A DNA stretch of 64,000 nucleotides from Sminthopsis crassicaudata (Eukaryota). Numbering within the stretch: position 1 is the stretch's first letter; every line of letters begins with the position of its first letter. Both the position numbers and the translations under genes were made by a program. Below, in pieces: positions 1-12,189 of the stretch. The notes under the pieces are model-generated. The model saw only the letters and a list, made by a program, of their open reading frames with translations, had not been told where the DNA came from and made no database searches. The stretch lies in the NCBI RefSeq assembly GCF_048593235.1, contig NC_133622.1, positions 59,706,001 to 59,770,000 on the forward strand, written 5' to 3'.

Positions 1-29
1 ATACAAAATGTTTTACATCAATTATTTTG

Positions 30-215
30 ATTGAGTGTCAAAGGAACACTATGAAATGGGTATCAGAGACATTATTCTATTGTACATTGTTCAGAACTGG
101 AATTGACTTGCTAAGTAACTTACCCATGGTCACACAACTCATAAATGCCTTAGGTACCAGTTAAACTTAAATCTTCCTGACTATAAGCCCAGCATTCTAC
201 CAATTAATCCACTAG
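30..215 (-). mobile_element. MIR-type CORE-SINE fragment
   Basis: Reverse-strand MIR core pattern: taagtaacttacccatggtcacacaact...aaatcttcctgactataagcccagcattct. Confidence 0.55.
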
Positions 216-479
216 CTTGTATTAAGTATTTACTATCTGTCAGACTTGCAGTGTATCATGATGTGTCTCAACCTTGTGTCAACAAAAGAAAATTTGTTCA
301 GACTTTTTTCATATTCATAGAAGGAATAGTGTTTTTGTCTTTTTTGTATAGTTTTACAGCTCTGACAATTTTCAGTCAGCTTGGTTTGTGGAATAATTGT
401 GATAACTTGGGGGAAAATATCACTTTCTCCCCCAAAATGATGTATATTATTTATCTTATAGAGAAATAACCAAGAACTT

Positions 480-900
480 CTTGTATCATCTGATCTTCCT
501 GGACATTATTTTATGGGCAAATTCTCAAGCTCTATGTAAACTTGAAAGCTCTTCAGTACCTTTGGCTCGCTGTCAAGGGCTGTGCTGTGAGCAGCAAGCC
601 AGCGATAGAGTGTTGCCTTTGTTATTTTATGACAATCTGGCAGCACTCAGGAGGACTGGATTGGCAATTCATATCATTCTACCCCATAATGCAAATTTCC
701 TTGAAATATAAGGTAGCATTACTCTTGGTAGGAACAGGAGGGTGAACATGGCATGCTGTTGAAAAGCGAGTGATTGATGATCCATGGGAAATGATTCTGC
801 CCCACTGGCTGGTTAAGTGTGGGGCTTTACCAGCCATAAAGCATAAATCCGCTGGCTACAAGCCTGCTCCGTTTTATTGCTATTTTTCTAACTTGAGAAT
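480..900. promoter_or_regulatory. Candidate conserved non-coding element / enhancer
   Basis: Non-repetitive and GC-richer than its flanks. Five retained CpGs (568, 603, 767, 850, 870). Clustered TTTTATGG, TTTTATGAC, ATGCAAAT, TGATTGAT, CCATAAA and TTTTATTG motifs. No functional data. Confidence 0.3.
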
Positions 901-2235
901 CTTTCTGTTGGGGATAGCACCACCTTGTAGTCTCACTTATTTCTGATGCTTAAGGTTTTACCTTGCAGTCTTTGCACAGCCTGTGTTAGCACTCCCTAAG
1001 TTGTATACCAGACTGATTTTTATTTGTTTCGTTGAAATAACATGGCTACTGTTGCAAGAATAGATATCTAGTATTAAAATATATTAATAATAACTGGATT
1101 TTATCCCCCACTCAGCACTTTATCCTTATCAAACTTTTTCACTGGACATCAGAAAGACAGGTCAAGGAAAGCAGAGACATTGAGCAGTAATAGAATATGC
1201 ATTAGAAATCTTAGCAATTGACAGAGAGCAAACATACTTTAGAGAAAACTAACCTGATCTATTATGATGAATAAAGTTTTCTAGACATCACCTTTCCTAG
1301 CACTTTCTATTCTTAATATCATCGCCTTTTTGAAATTATTTTCTACTTTTTGCCAAAAGAAAACTGACTCAAACTAGATTTAATAATTATCTTCAGGAAA
1401 TAGAAGAGCCCTTAACTAGTAAAGGATCAGACCTATGCTGCTTGGTCCAGAGGGCAGAACAAAGAACAATGAAAAGAAATAGGGAGAATGGGGAAGTTTC
1501 AATAAGGAAACTTCCCAACAAATAAAACTATTAAAAACTGCATTGGGCTAAACTAGGAGACAGTGGCCTCTTCTTTCCTTTAAGTCTTTTAAGCAACTAA
1601 TGAATGGATATATTGCTTAAGAGATTGCTTATCAGGTATGAGCTGAATTGGATAGATGTTGAAGTCCCTCCTCACTAAGGAAATTCTTTGATTCTCTGAT
1701 TCATACTTCCCCTGGGCTAGCCTTATCTTGAATTCAATTTGCATTAATTTAATATATGGCTGTATGTGTATCTGGTCACTTCCATTAGCATGTAATTTCA
1801 TTTAAGGCTGTGATTATTTTGTTTATTGTTTGTTTTCCCAGCACATAGTAGGTATTATCTGATTTCATTTTATAATCTATTATTACAATAAGATTATGGT
1901 ATATTAAAAGTTAATTCCTTCTAATAAGGTGAATGAGTGGTAAATGGCTCTCCCCTAAAATAATCTGATTGTAGCTTTTTTGACTTAAGCCTTCTTGTCA
2001 ATAATAATAATAATAGATGGAATTTAAAGCTATCAAAGATTCAAACTGAAATAAACCTTGGAATATCCAGAACAATATTTAAAGTTTGCAAAACAATATA
2101 CCAGTATAATCTTATTGAATCCTCACAATAATTCTGTGAGGTATCTGTGAGAGAAAACTGAAATAGATGAGAAAACGGAAATAGAGTTTAATGACTTACT
2201 TAGGGTCATACAACTAGCCTGTATCTCTAAGCCCA

Positions 2236-2472
2236 ACATTCTCTATGTGTATATGTGTGTGTGTGTTCTGTTTCTGTCTCTGTGTGTGTACATATATTAT
2301 ATATAGGTGCATATATGTATGTACATTATAGTGTGCAATATTTATAGGTGTGTTTATATGTATATGTGTAATGATATATATGTGCATATATGTATGTACA
2401 TTATAGTGTGCAATATGTACAGGTGTGTTTATATGTATATGTGTATATGATATATATGTGTGTGTGTGTGTA
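2236..2472. repeat. (TG)/(TA) low-complexity tract containing a 75-bp tandem duplication
   Basis: Unit gtgcatatatgtatgtacattatagtgtgcaata...atgatatatat starts at 2307 and again at 2382. Confidence 0.85.
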
Positions 2473-3589
2473 TGCCTATTGTTCATGGGGAACAACTCAA
2501 GGACTTCACATTCATTTTCATATTCACAGTCCAACTTTCAAACACTATTATCTGAATGAAATTGAATCCTAGTTACGCAGGATGTTCTAAACTATTAAAG
2601 CTTAAAATCATACTAAGATTTTTTGAGATATCTGAATTTATTTAGTCAAATTCAAGTTTCACAAATATTTTAAATAAAATTGATCATTATCCTATTCTGC
2701 AGCAGAATACATAATGTTCCAAGAAATTTACTGACCAGGAAGATATAACTGATCCTCAGCAAGCCAAGGTGCAGTTCTTGGCTCCACATTTTGTGTTGAG
2801 ATCATCATGAAGTTTTACTCAAAATGAGAATCGTCTAATAAGAAATCAATGATAAGAGGGTAAAAAGACTATATTTAAAAGTCATCAAGCTCTACTCTAT
2901 GGCAGTTTATACAAATACGCTCAAATTAAATGAGACGGCAAAATTTGGCTGGCCCAATTCACTACAGCTCGTCTACTGTAACACCTCATTAATTCAGACC
3001 TCCCTAATTCAGAATTAGTCATTATTCAATCATGCCTGAGCTGGTTTACCTTTATACAGTCTATAAAGAAAGGCTTTGGTGAGCAAATTAATAGTGTAAA
3101 CAAGAGTGCTAGAGGGAATTTTTAACCTACTTAAGAGAACAAACTTTCTGAGAACTTTACCAAGATTCTGATTAAAAATGAGTCACAAGCATTAGGGTAA
3201 AGCAAACATAGTAGGGCTTCTAATGACAGTATTTATTTGTCAATTTATTTGACACCTATTTGTCACTTGTTATTGTTATTGTCACTTGTACTAATAATAA
3301 AATGATATTACTTTAAAGTACTTTATGATTATTGTCATTTAAGAAAACTGCAAAACTTTCATATGAATACACACACAAATCCATATAAAGTTTACTAGAT
3401 CAATTTCTGCCAATTAAAACTGGCTGATTTTATACAGTACTTTGAATGTATGTATATTTATACCTAGAAACACACACATATATGGATAAGTATATATATA
3501 TATATATATATACAAATTTGTACATATATATGTATATGTATCTATCTACCCATATGCATATATTTGTGTGTATCCGTGTGCAATACAAA

Positions 3590-3755
3590 ATGTAATTTGA
3601 TCCCTGAAACAGTGCTGTTTGGCAGGTACTAAAAACATTATTACTCTATTTTATCAATGAGAAAAATGAAGCCCAAAGAAATTGAGTTGCCTGTGGTCAC
3701 ACAATTTGTAAGTGTCAAAGACTAAATTTAAATGGTCTTCCAGACACTACCAGGT
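3590..3755 (-). mobile_element. MIR-type SINE fragment
   Basis: attttatcaatgagaaaaatgaagcccaaagaaattgagttgcctgtggtcacacaattt matches the reverse MIR core. Confidence 0.6.
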
Positions 3756-3929
3756 CTTCATTGAGATAGGTGCTATCTTGTACTTGATGGTTACTAAAGT
3801 TTAAGTTATCTTTTAAAGTTCTTCTAAGAATGAACTATTGTATACTTTATGAAATTCATTACATAATGCTTTCTAAGGAAATAAGAAATGTTATGTAGTA
3901 CTGTATATCAAGTGTTTGGTTAATAATAG

Positions 3930-4168
3930 CTATCATTCACGTAGTGCTGTAAGATTCACAAAGAGTTTTGAAAGCATTGTCTCAATTTATTCTATTGTCT
4001 CATTTATATCTACTGGAAAGTAGATACTGTTACTTTCTTTATTTTAGAGACAAGGAAGCTAAGGCAGACAGATATTAAATGACTTGTACAGAATCACATA
4101 GCTCTTAAAGGTATGTGACTAGATTTGAATGCAGGTTTTCCTGACTTCAGGTTCAGCTGCCTCTAAAA
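3930..4168 (-). mobile_element. MIR-type SINE, near full length
   Basis: Tail (tagtgctgtaagattcacaaag) through core (attttagagacaaggaagctaagg...aatgacttgtacagaatcacatagct...atttgaatgcaggttttcctgact). Confidence 0.7.
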
Positions 4169-4999
4169 ATGAAAGGTTTAAAAGATTAATTGTTAATCAA
4201 AATCTCAAATTGAAAAAGAAAGAAAGAATTTCCCCAATGTTTCAGAATCTTCCTTTTGAGAGAAAAATAAAACAATAACCAAACAATGATTGCATTAATT
4301 ATACTCCCAGTACACAATTGCTTCTTTTTCATTACTAACAGTATCCTGAAGCAACAAATCCAAAAGGCAAATGTCTTTGTCTTTTATAGATCACTCAAGA
4401 AACAATTTCTATGACCATATCATCCACATGAAACAACTGTCATTTAGATCAGTATGAATCTCCCTTTGATTGAATTAAGCTTGCTTTCATGAGTACTGTC
4501 CTCATCTTTCAGCAGTGTTCTCTATTTCATTGATCAGCTGATGGTCTAGAAAAGGTTGTTGCTTTTTGAAAATGAGTCACATGCTGAGCCTTAGAAAGCA
4601 GGATGATTAGACACAAGTCTATGTATCCAACATGCATCTAGAGAATCCAGCATCACACACAGATTCCACTGGAGATTGAACAGGTCACCCACTTTTTTCT
4701 GTGTCTAAGTACTGTTCCCAGAATTAAAGTTCATAATCAGACGCTGAAGGAAAGAACTTATTTTTATTTTTTGCAAAACAATGAAAACTTCCTATACTTA
4801 GATCTTGACTGAAAGAGTTATAGACTAAGGCAATTATTTTATCTAGCTCAAGGGAAAACCAGGATTTAATCATTGATTTATTCATTGGTTTCTAATTGTC
4901 AATTCTTTTTCCTTTTCCCTTGTTCCAATATGACAATATAACATTTATTACATGCCTACCTGTGATGCATATGAGAGATTCAAAGACAAAAGTGATAGA

Positions 5000-5335
5000 C
5001 AACCCTTGATATCAGAAATTTGTTATTTTTATATATATCTGGTAAATAAAAAGTATAAAAATAAGTTGTTATTTTGCTTTAAGGATACAATATGAAGGTA
5101 GAAAATTATATATGTGATAATTTGAGAAATGCAAGACCACTGGAAAGGAGGGAAGTCAGGAAAGATTCCACACAAAAGATGGTACATGAGCTGAGACTTA
5201 AGAGGAAAGGAGGAAATACATTCTGGAAAAGGAGGCTCAGGGTAGACTGCTGAGTCGAAGGAATACCAAACCACCAAATTTGCTTATAGAGTGCATAAAA
5301 GTGAATAATGTGAAATAAGGCTGGAGTCAGATTGT
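5000..5335 (-). mobile_element. L2 (LINE-2) fragment
   Basis: Purine-rich reverse-L2 pattern: gaaagattccacacaaaagatggtacatgagctgagacttaagagg...aaggctggagtcagattgta. Confidence 0.55.
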
Positions 5336-6429
5336 AATTACTGTCTTTATTTTTCATTCTATTTCTTTCCATGCAGAAGTATAAACATCCATTTAAAATT
5401 ATCTAAGATAATGTAAGTATATATTATACTATAACAATGGAGTAGAAAGAGGCCTTAGAGAGCACTTTATCCAGCCTGCTATTTTTTTCCCCTGAAGATT
5501 GGAAAGATGAAAAAAAGTCTTATTCAATTCATGCCAGTGGTCAGTTATCAAGCAGATTTTTGAACCTAAATCCTACCCTGATTTCAAAAGCAATGCTTTT
5601 TACATTTTATAATTTTTCCCATCAAATTTAGTTATGACTTTTTTGTAGCACATTCACCCCCCCCAAAGAAGCATACAGGGAAAGGAATACGTTTTTTGTT
5701 TCAGGAGTCTGGACAACTACAGCTTTTGCTCCCTTCTTCAGTCTTAGCACTATTTCCTTTCCTGCATTCCCATATATAATGCTCAGGGGATATTGTTGTA
5801 AAATAGTATTCTAGTCCACTGGAGAAAATTAAAAGAGAAAGAAAGATTTGAGCCAGTTGGGAGAGAGATGGAAAATATGTTTTAAGCAATGGTTCTAGCA
5901 CGTTTGAAGGCACAAACTTCAAGGCAAGGAATATTAGTAGCTTATCATGCATCTGACAGGAAGAGATAGTAACGAAGCAGCATTTTCTCACTCTTCTCAT
6001 TTAGAGTGACTGAATGCTTCCAGATGATACATAAGTTGAGCAATCTGAAATAATCACAGCACAATAATGTATGAGAATGAAGGATGTGGGGGTGATAAAG
6101 ATGAACTGGTTAAGAGTTTAAAATTCAACACATGAGGAAGGAACTTATTTATAAAGACAGATGTCATTGGATGCTGTTCTGATTTTAGTAGAAATGATTG
6201 TGAATTTCTAATTTATGTTTTTTTTTCACTTACTTAAACCTATAACCCATGGTATAGAGAGAGAAATTTGTGAACCTTTAACATGCAACTCTGCAATTAA
6301 TTGATACAGAGGAAAGAACTGACAATCTTTTTTGCATGAGAGTGATAAAATCTCTGTACAAACTTCATTCCTTTCCATCATCTCTTCTATTCATTTTCTT
6401 TCCACACTTCAAGTTGTTATTACCTGTTC

Positions 6430-6639
6430 NNNNNNNNNNNNNNNNNNNNNNNNNNNNNNNNNNNNNNNNNNNNNNNNNNNNNNNNNNNNNNNNNNNNNNN
6501 NNNNNNNNNNNNNNNNNNNNNNNNNNNNNNNNNNNNNNNNNNNNNNNNNNNNNNNNNNNNNNNNNNNNNNNNNNNNNNNNNNNNNNNNNNNNNNNNNNNN
6601 NNNNNNNNNNNNNNNNNNNNNNNNNNNNNNNNNNNNNNN
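6430..6639. other. Assembly gap (210 N)
   Basis: Run of N. Confidence 1.
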
Positions 6640-6712
6640 AGACCAGATTTGAACTCGGGTTCTCCTGAATTCAAGGCTGGTGCTCTAACCATTGTGCCAC
6701 CTAGCTACCCCC
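6640..6712 (-). mobile_element. tRNA-derived head of a WSINE1/MAR1-type SINE, remainder lost in the gap
   Basis: atttgaactc (reverse B-box)...tgctctaaccattgtgccacctagctacccc (reverse A-box and 5' end). Confidence 0.75.
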
Positions 6713-6729
6713 ACATCACAGCCTCTTAA

Positions 6730-6920
6730 TTAATCCCTCTGTTTCTGATCTTTCATTTTCCAATCTATCTTCCACACACTTGGCAAAATAATCTTCATAA
6801 AGTATAAGCTGACCATGTAAGAGCTCTGATTAAGAATCTGCCATGATTTCCAATTGCCTATAGGATTTGAAGTAAACTCTAGTTTGACATTCAAAGCTCT
6901 GTATGATTTTGTAAAATATT
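6730..6920 (+). mobile_element. L2 fragment
   Basis: ccaatctatcttccacacacttggcaaaataatcttcataaagtataagctgaccatgt...gacattcaaagctctgtatgat matches the L2 3' region. Confidence 0.6.
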
Positions 6921-7032
6921 CATGGACACTCATTCTTACAGTGGATTTTTTAAATTCTTACTCCTTAATACAACTTTTGAAAAGGGGATCAAATTGGAGT
7001 TTATCTTTAGGGAGTATAGAATAGTCATATAG

Positions 7033-7190
7033 CAGGTATATTTAAATTTCTGTGTGTGTGTGTGGATCATGGACCTATTTGGCAAGCTGATGAAGCTTAT
7101 GAATCCTTTCTCAGAATACTGCTTCCAAATGATAACAAAATAATTAGATTTAAAAAAAACAAATTATATTAAAATGCATTTATAGACATA
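7033..7190 (+). mobile_element. Old hAT-Charlie non-autonomous element (Charlie4z-like), decayed
   Basis: tcatggacctatttggcaagctgatgaagcttatgaatcctttctcagaata...aaattatattaaaatgc resembles the Charlie4z-type MITE body. TIRs are degenerate. Confidence 0.5.
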
Positions 7191-10129
7191 TAATGGAGGC
7201 TTACCACTTATACTTGTATACACTATTTGCCTCAAACAGATTTTTTTTTCCCCATGAGTAGAATGCCAAGGAGAATATGGAGTTTCTCCAAGTAGAAGAC
7301 AGAAAAGAACTACTTCTGGAAGAATTATGATGACACATAAGTGAAGTGCTTTGGAAAGAAAGATAATGGAGCATATGTAGGCATTTGGTTCCAGGAAGCT
7401 GACCACATGTAAAAGAGGAGGATGGCATTTCAAAAGACTTACAAATTTCAGTTATGAACTCTTGGGTGAAGGGAGTGAAAGTAATGGCAGAGCAAGTTTG
7501 AAAGTTTCACAGGCTTTCTCTGTATTCAATAGTACCAGAATTAGATTTGTAACCAAGTATGGCATTGATATTATGAGTTATGAAGGGAGTATAAACTAGC
7601 TTGGAATCCTCATTTCTGGAATGCAGTTTTTGTAAACAGAACATGACCAATGATTCCCTAAGGTAGAAAAAGTGATCTTTGGGAATTATTATTGAGATGT
7701 AAGTAATTCAGTAGTTTTTGAGACCCAAGTCTATCATGCAATCACATGACATTTGGATATGAACTTGTTACCAATTCTGAACGTACTGGGCTTGAATTTT
7801 GAGCCTAATCCTTCTCTCATTCTCTTTAAAGAACAATGCCTTGTATGTGTTTTGGAGAGTAGGGGTGAGAAATATTTTTCTGTGATGTTACCATGTTTTC
7901 TCTCCATTTTTTAGTACTTCTACTCAGACATCAGTTATCTGTGTATCTTAAGCAGTGTCAATGTGAATGGAAAATTCACCAGCTTTATTAACAACACTAA
8001 TAGACTTGTAATTAAACTGTCAATATCATCAATAGTGCAGCTCATGATTGTTTTAGAAATGAGAGCTGTGAAAGCATTTTTTCCTCTCTAAGACATTTAC
8101 ATTTTTCTTTACTTATTGCGGATTCAAATTGCTTTACTTCTTGACAATTGAGTTCTGTTTTGCCAATAACTTTAATTACATCAATTCCTGGGTCTTAAAA
8201 CCCTTGCTATCCTTGTAGATATCTCTTAGAATGAAGTTCGATGAAGTGACTTGTAATTTCTAATATTTTTCACTGTATGGAGTTCAAAGCCACTGAAAAC
8301 AGAAGTTGTATTTTTTCCTGTTCTCTCAGTATATGCTTCATGAACCCAGTCTTTCACATATGATATGATCTCCCCAAAAATCTGTTTTTACCAAATAAAG
8401 AATTTAATTATGCTTCCATGCAGAAAGAAAAAAAAAGTTCAGCTTATCTTTGAAGGGGAATGAAGATTTTAAAAATTAAATAGGCAATCTTTAATACAAA
8501 TAGTAAGACTAAGATAATGTTTACAACAATAATCTAGATCTAGAGAACTGAAAAGAATTCATTAGGAAAAAATATATATAGTGCCAAAATTTTGTGTTCT
8601 GTGTCTCATTCTATTTAGAATTACATAAAGGCTCATTGATATGAAATTAGAAGAGTCCTTGATACAAACTCTCTGTTTAACTCTCTCTCTCTCTTTTTAA
8701 ATTTAGTAAACTGATGCCCAGGATAGTGAAATAGCTTATCTAATGATAGTCTCCTCATTCCAGTGATCTCTATGGAGTCTGCCACATAATAGATGGTTTA
8801 CATATATCTTTGGATTGATGGTTATAAATTTGTGATATGGGACACAATCCCTAGTATATCTACAGCTTCATATCAGCCACATAATGAGGAAGAAAATGGG
8901 TGAAACAGCATGAAGAATAGTAACAAAAATGTTGAATTTTATTAGACTCTAAAGTTTGCCCACATTATTTACTGAAGTATCTTAAATAATTCTTCTATCA
9001 TCCCTGCCAGGCAAGGACTATAGGAATTATATTCTTTACAGATGAGGAGAGAGATTTAATTTGTCCAAACTCACACAACCAATGAATATCAGAAGCTAGA
9101 TCTGAACAGATCATTTGGCCTACCAATCCAAGACTTTATTAACTATTCCTCACAGATGCTCCATAAACACAAGTGACGGTTTACACCACTCCTTTGGTCT
9201 GCAGACATTTATTTTATGTTTCCACTGGTAAAATTAAATTTAATGTGTGTGTGTTTGTATGTTATATGAGATACAGAGCATGGTATAGAGAAAAGAGGGA
9301 TTCAATGGGTCCTATTTTTAGATCCTGTCTTTTATATGGACTAGACTCTGACCTCATAAACAAGTCATTTAAATGCTCAGTGTCCTAGGCAGGCCCAAAA
9401 GTATGCCATTTTATTTAGATCTTTGTTTGATTGTCTGACAGAAATATCTAGACTTCATAATCACTTACATAATACATTCATTATATTTTGCCCCTCAATC
9501 TAAGATTCTATCTCACATGATAAAAGTATCAAGTCACAGACCATCTTGACATTTATATTAATTGAAGTTAGAGTTTACATGGAATCTTTGTCTTCCAATT
9601 GTTGTACTCTCCTTTGATAAAGAAACAAGAATGTTCTAGAGCCATTTTTGGGCTGGATAAAAAAGTTAATTAAAGGCTTAGTATTGGTTAAATGAGTCCC
9701 CACTTTCATATTTCCAGGCCTCATGATCTGTCTGTACATTGGTATTGGTCAATGGCCGATTGGTCATTGGCCCTTAGTGTCATAGCCATCATGTACCTGC
9801 AACCCTGCATAAAAAGTGTCATGTGTACAAAGAATTAGTGAAGAAATTAGCATCAAGAAGTCAAAAACTATTTTTATGTCCTCTTGAAGGAAAAGAGAAC
9901 TCAACTCTATCTCATCTATCCTCTTAGGAACCTTCACATAACCTAAAACTTTACACAAAAGAGCCAATATCCAGATTATCCACTTTTTAGTCTGGAGCCT
10001 GCCAGAGAGGCCTATTTGATGTTCTCAACTGGGGATTAACATGATTTTCCACTTTTGCCACCTTTTTACTTAATTTAAACATTATCTTGCCAAATGACTG
10101 CTGGGTTATAAGGCAGTCATCAAGCTATT

Positions 10130-10300
10130 AAGATAATAAAATCATAGGTTTAAGGACTTTAGACATTATCTAGCCTCATGTCTTAATGTTAATATAGGGA
10201 ACTGAGGCATATAATACTTAATTGACTATCCCAAAAGCATCTATTTAGTAAGTGGCAAAGCTAGCATTTGAACCCAGATCTTCTGATTCTCAGTTCATTA
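10130..10300 (-). mobile_element. MIR-type SINE fragment
   Basis: gggaactgaggcat...ttgactatcccaaaagc...aagtggcaaagctagcatttgaacccagatcttctgattc. Confidence 0.6.
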
Positions 10301-10349
10301 TTTTTGCTATTATGTCAAAGTATCTTCCAGGATTTGATCTCCAATGCTT

Positions 10350-10635
10350 TACCTGCCTGCCTTCATACACAAGCCCTATCCTAAGTTTTCCTAGGTATGG
10401 ATATTTTTTCTTCTTACCTCTACCCATGAAATTCCTCTAATTTTTTTCTTTGTATATATTTTATACTGATTAATCTTTACATGTTCTTCCTCTCCACTAC
10501 ATATCCCACTTCAACAGATCATAAACTCCTGGAAAGTAGGTATTATTTTGTTGTTTTTTGGAAATTTTATCCTCAGTAGCTACCACAGTGTCTTGCTTGT
10601 AGAAGATATTTAATAAAGGCTTATTGAATGAATAG
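10350..10635 (+). mobile_element. L2 3' end
   Basis: ataaactcctggaaagtagg...tatcctcagtagctaccacagtgtcttgcttgtagaagatatttaataaaggcttattgaatgaat. Confidence 0.65.
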
Positions 10636-12189
10636 AAATGAACTAGGAAATGAATATTAATAGCCATTGACAATATGGAACAGAATTTCAAATACTTATG
10701 AATGTACAAAATCTTTCCTTTTGGTTACCCAATAAGTTTTGTCCATTAGCTAGATTTCTTCCCTGGGACCTATCTATGGAAACCTGTTCTCAGAGTTAAT
10801 TTATTTGTATTCTCTTCTAGGATAGCTATATTGGAGAGCTGTGAGGTTTGAGAATGGCATGAAATCAACACTGGTTAATTAAAAGAACTTTCTATTCTTT
10901 ATCCTCCCAAGGTGCAATTTATCTACCAGACTGAATTCATGAAAGGTGAAAATCACATGTAGTGCTTTTTATTATTCCATTTTCAATAGAAGCTGATGTA
11001 TATGGATATTTTATAGGATCTTTATCGATTCCACATGAGACACCAATTCACTGGTGCTGCTGAAAGCCTATTCTCTAATTCCTACTAATGGAAGAGTCCT
11101 CAGCATTTACATTTCCCCACATTTTCTTTTTATTAGCATTTACATTTTAAAATGTGAACCAAAAGAAATGAAACCTCCATGAATATAATTGAAAAATACA
11201 TTTTAGTTCCATAGAATTATTTTCCTTAGTGTATTTATCACTTTCAAAACAGGATATTTCTTCAAGTTCATAATCTATACTTTTCTACTATAAGATATAT
11301 TTTATTATTTAAAAAGCATTAGTTCAGAGTATAATTAACACTTATTCACAGGTTTTTGAATTTACTTTTCATCTTTTCTTTTGACATATCCAATATATGA
11401 CTTTTGACATTTAGTAGAAAAACAATTAAATAACTTTTATTACATAAATCCTTTTTGCTGAAATATGGAAAATGAAATTTTGTGTTCAAGGATATACAGA
11501 CCTTTTAAAATGGGCTATCAGTCCTAAATCTCATTTGTAAGAAGGAACCTGTTCTTTATAAATGTGCTTAAAGCTAGAAGAATTCATTTGTCGTAACTCT
11601 TTTAAAATTTTATAAAAAGCCACACAATGTGTGAAAAAAAGTTAATATTAAAGTCAGAATAAACTGAGTTCAGTTACTGCCTTGAGCATATATTATCAGG
11701 GCAATTCAAGGCAGGTCTCATAACGTCTCAATGTTCTAGGCCATTCTCTAAGACTAAGTTGCAGGAAAGGGAGTTTCCTCATTTCCCTATTAAAAATCCC
11801 TATTTCAATGAAATTAACATTCCCACTCTTCCTTTTCTTTCCCTATTCCATTTCTGCCATTCAAGTTTTATTTATTTATTTATTTTTTTACCTCTATTCC
11901 TATTGCCAGTAAATATGCTTGTTGAATATGTTTTTGGCTTCATCGCAGGTTTTATTTCATGATGTGTTACATCATACCAAGTGGTAGGTCCTTAATAATA
12001 AAAGGTTTTTTATTAATATTTTCACTTTTATTCCTTTGAAGATTATAATATTCAACATTACCATTAAAAAGTTGGGTACTTAATTCAGGAGAGAAGTTAG
12101 AATAGTCATATACTTTTCAAAAGTCAATACAATCCACTTTTCTTTTATTTAATTATAGGTCCCTTTGCTGTATCTGTCCATGATTCATA

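Noticed and set aside
6332-6692. ORFs spanning N gaps (also 44227-44932 and 45462-45810)
   Set aside because: Their length comes from Ns translated as X
9764-9967. Minus ORF segment KRIDEIELSSLFLQEDIKIVFDFL resembling RPS2 ([23 protein letters not shown])
   Set aside because: Similarity does not extend on either side and the nucleotides do not resemble a decayed RPS2 cDNA; probably chance
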